Positions 23,482-26,092 of a stretch of 26,092 nt of DNA are shown here, piece after piece. Positions within the stretch are counted from its first letter, which is position 1. Each line of letters starts with the position of its first letter. Origin of the DNA: a virus (Duplodnaviria; Caudoviricetes); IMG/VR virus record IMGVR_UViG_3300009095_001043, positions 1-26,092 of that record; one strand, given 5' to 3'. The notes below the pieces were generated by a model. It was not told the DNA's origin and made no database searches. It saw only the letters and a program-made list of their open reading frames with translations. The position numbers and the translations under genes are program-made.

Positions 23482-23873
23482 GGTCCTACTGTTAAAACGT
23501 TATTATTAATTAAATTCAACTCACATACAATCAATCCAAGTGTTTCATCAGGAATAGTTGAAACTATTTCATATTTACGTTCTGCGAATTCATCAGCAAC
23601 GGTAATTACTGCACCTCTTAAATTTACAACACCACCTGAATTAATAAACTGAATTCCTACACGGTTTAGTTCCCTTGAATGAAACGTCATTGATGCCTTG
23701 ACAGCACTAACACGATTACCAATCTCATCAAATCGTGTGTTATGCCTAACATACAAACCAAATAATTCATAGTCTGTATTTTGAAATTTCATCACGCATG
23801 GAGTTTTCCAATGGTCGAATCTTGACGTTATGTTAAACGCCATTTTTCGTGCTTGATCTAGTAAATAACTCAT
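23478..23873 (-). CDS. Putative head-tail joining (gpFII-like) protein
   Basis: 131 aa beta-rich, ending YEIVSTIPDETLGLIVCEL, at the expected position. Confidence 0.6.
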   Translation of the reverse strand: MSYLLDQARKMAFNITSRFDHWKTPCVMKFQNTDYELFGLYVRHNTRFDEIGNRVSAVKASMTFHSRELNRVGIQFINSGGVVNLRGAVITVADEFAERKYEIVSTIPDETLGLIVCELNLINNNVLTVGP

Positions 23874-23888
23874 AATTATTCGGTATTA

Positions 23889-23918
23889 AAAAACCCACCA
23901 TCATAACGGTGGTGGGTT
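23889..23918 (-). terminator. Post-capsid terminator
   Basis: AACCCACCATC-ATAAC-GGTGGTGGGTT with a T-run on the minus strand. Confidence 0.8.
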
Positions 23919-23939
23919 CATTCTTTGACTTATTGGGAA

Positions 23940-24146
23940 TTATTTTTTTGTTGTTTTTTCCTTAGATTCTGATTTCTCAGTACCCTTAGATTCTGATTTC
24001 TCAGTGCTAGGCAACAACCATCCATTTTTTACATGGATTTCAGCCGATTTTTCGTCCATTTCGATAATATCGCCTTTTTTCAAGTTCGATTCGTTCTCAA
24101 GTCCAATCCCTGCAACATGATGAACATTTAAAATATACTTTGCCAT
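23940..24146 (-). CDS. Small capsid-adjacent protein (gpFI-like position)
   Basis: LKKGDIIEMDEKSAE..V.NGWL, a K/E-rich tail and TAATG coupling to the capsid gene. Confidence 0.65.
   Translation of the reverse strand: MAKYILNVHHVAGIGLENESNLKKGDIIEMDEKSAEIHVKNGWLLPSTEKSESKGTEKSESKEKTTKK
23960..24005. repeat. In-frame 24-bp-period duplication
   Basis: CCTTAGATTCTGATTTCTCAGT at 23960 and 23984, encoding TEKSESK twice. Confidence 0.9.
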
Positions 24147-25330
24147 TACGATACGTTAGTTGCTTTTAATGTATAAATCTCATTCAATTCTTGTGGTATC
24201 GCAACAAATCTTTCAGCAACGTGGTATTTATGTACCTGTGCTCTATAATCCATTGTTTCCCATGTAGCTTTACCTCTAAACATACCTGAATTCATAGTTC
24301 CAGGTAACAATCTAACTGCACCTTTCACCATTGTTAATTCATTTCTGTTTGGAATAATAATCGCATCATTTTTATCAACGTATGAAACTTCAACACCTGC
24401 TGCATTCACGTATGTTTCAGTATAAGACCATACACGAATCAAATGACCTCCAGTTGTTGTAAATTCACCAATGAAATTACCACCAGCAACATTTTCCATT
24501 TCAGGTGCAATACGTCCGATTTCAATTCTACGATTATTCAATACCGCTTGAACTTTATCATTCGTAATGAAAATTCCTGCAGCAGCTTCACCCATAATTA
24601 CATTGAAAATTGTTGATGTATTATTTGAATTTTGTCTAATCCATTTAATACCAGCTTCGATGTCAGCTAGTGGATCACCAGTATTTGCTGTCCATGGAGT
24701 TGTAGCCGTTACAATTGAACTTGCAGAACGCCCGAAATTGATATTATCATTCGATGTAAACTGTAAAATACCATTCTTTAACAATTGCGCACATTGCAAT
24801 TCTCTAGCACGATCAATCTCATCTGCAATCTCATGCAAATCACGTGAAATGATTTCACTAAAATTATATATTTCACGAGCTGATGCATCAGGATTTAACG
24901 CAATGCCAGTATATAAATCTGAAATTGTTAAATTCGTGTATTTTACATATTGATGAATTTGCAACATTTGACCAGTTTCAACTTTACGTTTATGCAAAAT
25001 TCCATCTGTTTGATAATTGACGTCTATCGCAACATTTTTGTTTTTTGACTTCGTATTAAAAACAACATTTAATGAATCTCTTTCTTCCAAACGGAAAAAT
25101 GAACTCAAAAAATGTTTAACGTTTTGACGCTCATCTGAACGTTTCAAAACTGCTGCGTGTAATACGTCAAATTGCGTTAAAGGCAACGTTGAAAACAAAC
25201 TACCTGCATTACTAGCAAATGCGATGCTTAACGCCATAATCAAAGCGAAAACACCAACAAACAACCCCATCGGGGCAAACAATAACGACACACATGCCGT
25301 CCATCCTAAATTTTTAAATAAACTTTTCAT
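24146..25330 (-). CDS. Major capsid protein, lambda gpE-like, with hydrophobic N-terminal extension
   Basis: FLSSFF, IDRARELQCAQLLKNG, INFGR, W...GDPLADIE, VIMG and WSYTETY. Downstream of a decoration-like gene. Confidence 0.82.
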   Translation of the reverse strand: MKSLFKNLGWTACVSLLFAPMGLFVGVFALIMALSIAFASNAGSLFSTLPLTQFDVLHAAVLKRSDERQNVKHFLSSFFRLEERDSLNVVFNTKSKNKNVAIDVNYQTDGILHKRKVETGQMLQIHQYVKYTNLTISDLYTGIALNPDASAREIYNFSEIISRDLHEIADEIDRARELQCAQLLKNGILQFTSNDNINFGRSASSIVTATTPWTANTGDPLADIEAGIKWIRQNSNNTSTIFNVIMGEAAAGIFITNDKVQAVLNNRRIEIGRIAPEMENVAGGNFIGEFTTTGGHLIRVWSYTETYVNAAGVEVSYVDKNDAIIIPNRNELTMVKGAVRLLPGTMNSGMFRGKATWETMDYRAQVHKYHVAERFVAIPQELNEIYTLKATNVS

Positions 25331-25341
25331 TTCTAAATTGA

Positions 25342-25758
25342 TTAAAGTGTTGGTTTAACAATCTCAAATCCCATACCAGTAAGGTAATCACGTAGCGTTT
25401 TTGCGCCTGGTGAACCACTAGTTCCAATGATTGAATCCATTGTGACACCTGATGGTAATTTGATAACATCTTCGTTAATTTTACCACCAGTAACATAACG
25501 AATTTGTTTTGCTTCATTGATTGCAAAATCACGTGCATCAGTATTAAATCCAACTGGTGAATTTGCGTTCGTAGTTGTAGCAGATAAATCCAACGGAACT
25601 AACTGTCCTGTAGTTGTATTTCTTGCCAAAATAGTACCCACTTCCAAACGTGCTACTACTCCACCATTTTTATACTCACCAAACTGAAAACTGTTGTCCC
25701 CAATTTGAATAGTTTCTTTGTTACTCAACGGAGTAACGGAAATAAAATTTGTTGCCAT
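25342..25758 (-). CDS. Head decoration protein (gpD-like)
   Basis: LEVGTILARNTTTGQLVP...PVG and YVTGGKINED.I.LP. Lies between protease and capsid genes. Confidence 0.72.
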   Translation of the reverse strand: MATNFISVTPLSNKETIQIGDNSFQFGEYKNGGVVARLEVGTILARNTTTGQLVPLDLSATTTNANSPVGFNTDARDFAINEAKQIRYVTGGKINEDVIKLPSGVTMDSIIGTSGSPGAKTLRDYLTGMGFEIVKPTL

Positions 25759-26092
25759 TACTTCTTGTTTTTAGCGTTAAACATTGCATCAATTTCAGCA
25801 AATCTTGGATCTACTTTTTCTGCTTCAGGTGATTTTCCTGCCGATGCTGATGCACCAACCTCAGGAATTTCAGTTTCAGTTTCTTCAACCGTTGCATCAC
25901 CTTTTTTACTTGCTTGCGATTTAATAAACGTCGCATTCATTTCAGCGATTTGCGCCTGTGTAGGTGCTTCGCCTGTTGCCATTCCCTTTTTAGCTGCCTC
26001 AGCATCAATATCCATATAACCTGCCCATGCTTTCACATTTGCTAGTACTTCGTTTTTTAATGCTGCGACAATTTCGGGATGATCTTTTTTCA
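25758..26092 (-). CDS. C-terminal part of head maturation protease/scaffold (5' truncated)
   Basis: The frame stays open to the window edge (KKDHPEIVAALKNEVLANVKAW...), has an acidic Ala-rich tail and sits at the expected position. Confidence 0.6.
   Translation of the reverse strand, partial: KKDHPEIVAALKNEVLANVKAWAGYMDIDAEAAKKGMATGEAPTQAQIAEMNATFIKSQASKKGDATVEETETEIPEVGASASAGKSPEAEKVDPRFAEIDAMFNAKNKK

Noticed and set aside
22597-26019. ORFs 22597+, 24567+, 25705+ and 25314-
   Set aside because: Antisense or out-of-frame overlaps of structural and lysis genes without supporting motifs.
1-26092. Stop-codon recoding, DGR/retron or integrase
   Set aside because: Genes are intact under the standard code, and no RT or tyrosine/serine recombinase motifs were seen in the window.

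Overview
AT-rich segment of a tailed dsDNA phage, or prophage-like element, of a Bacteroidota host. The host is inferred from repeated TAnnTTTG -7 promoter boxes, A-rich leaders without SD sequences and a DUF3127-type SSB. Almost all genes are on the minus strand. From right to left: a lambda-type head module (protease/scaffold end, decoration protein, gpE-like capsid, connector genes) followed directly by lysis genes; a divergent RecE/RecT operon; a replication module (Cro-like HTH, SSB, SF2 helicase, VRR-NUC, primase-helicase); an accessory region; a putative DNA-modification island (SNF2 + methyltransferase, and SNF2 + IbrA-like PAPS reductase + GNAT + IbrB-like ParB); and a terminal non-coding region with origin-like repeats and a possible cos-like end. 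The most striking unannotated feature is an integron-like cassette array at about 9470-10170. It has two atypical attC-like hairpins, and the ends of each cassette are complementary to each other. The start codons and N-terminal peptides of the cassette genes are encoded inside the recombination-site hairpins, and there is no integrase in the window. Also notable are an anticodon-less tRNA-like element and a capsid protein with a long hydrophobic leader. All calls come from reading motifs by eye; no searches were run.
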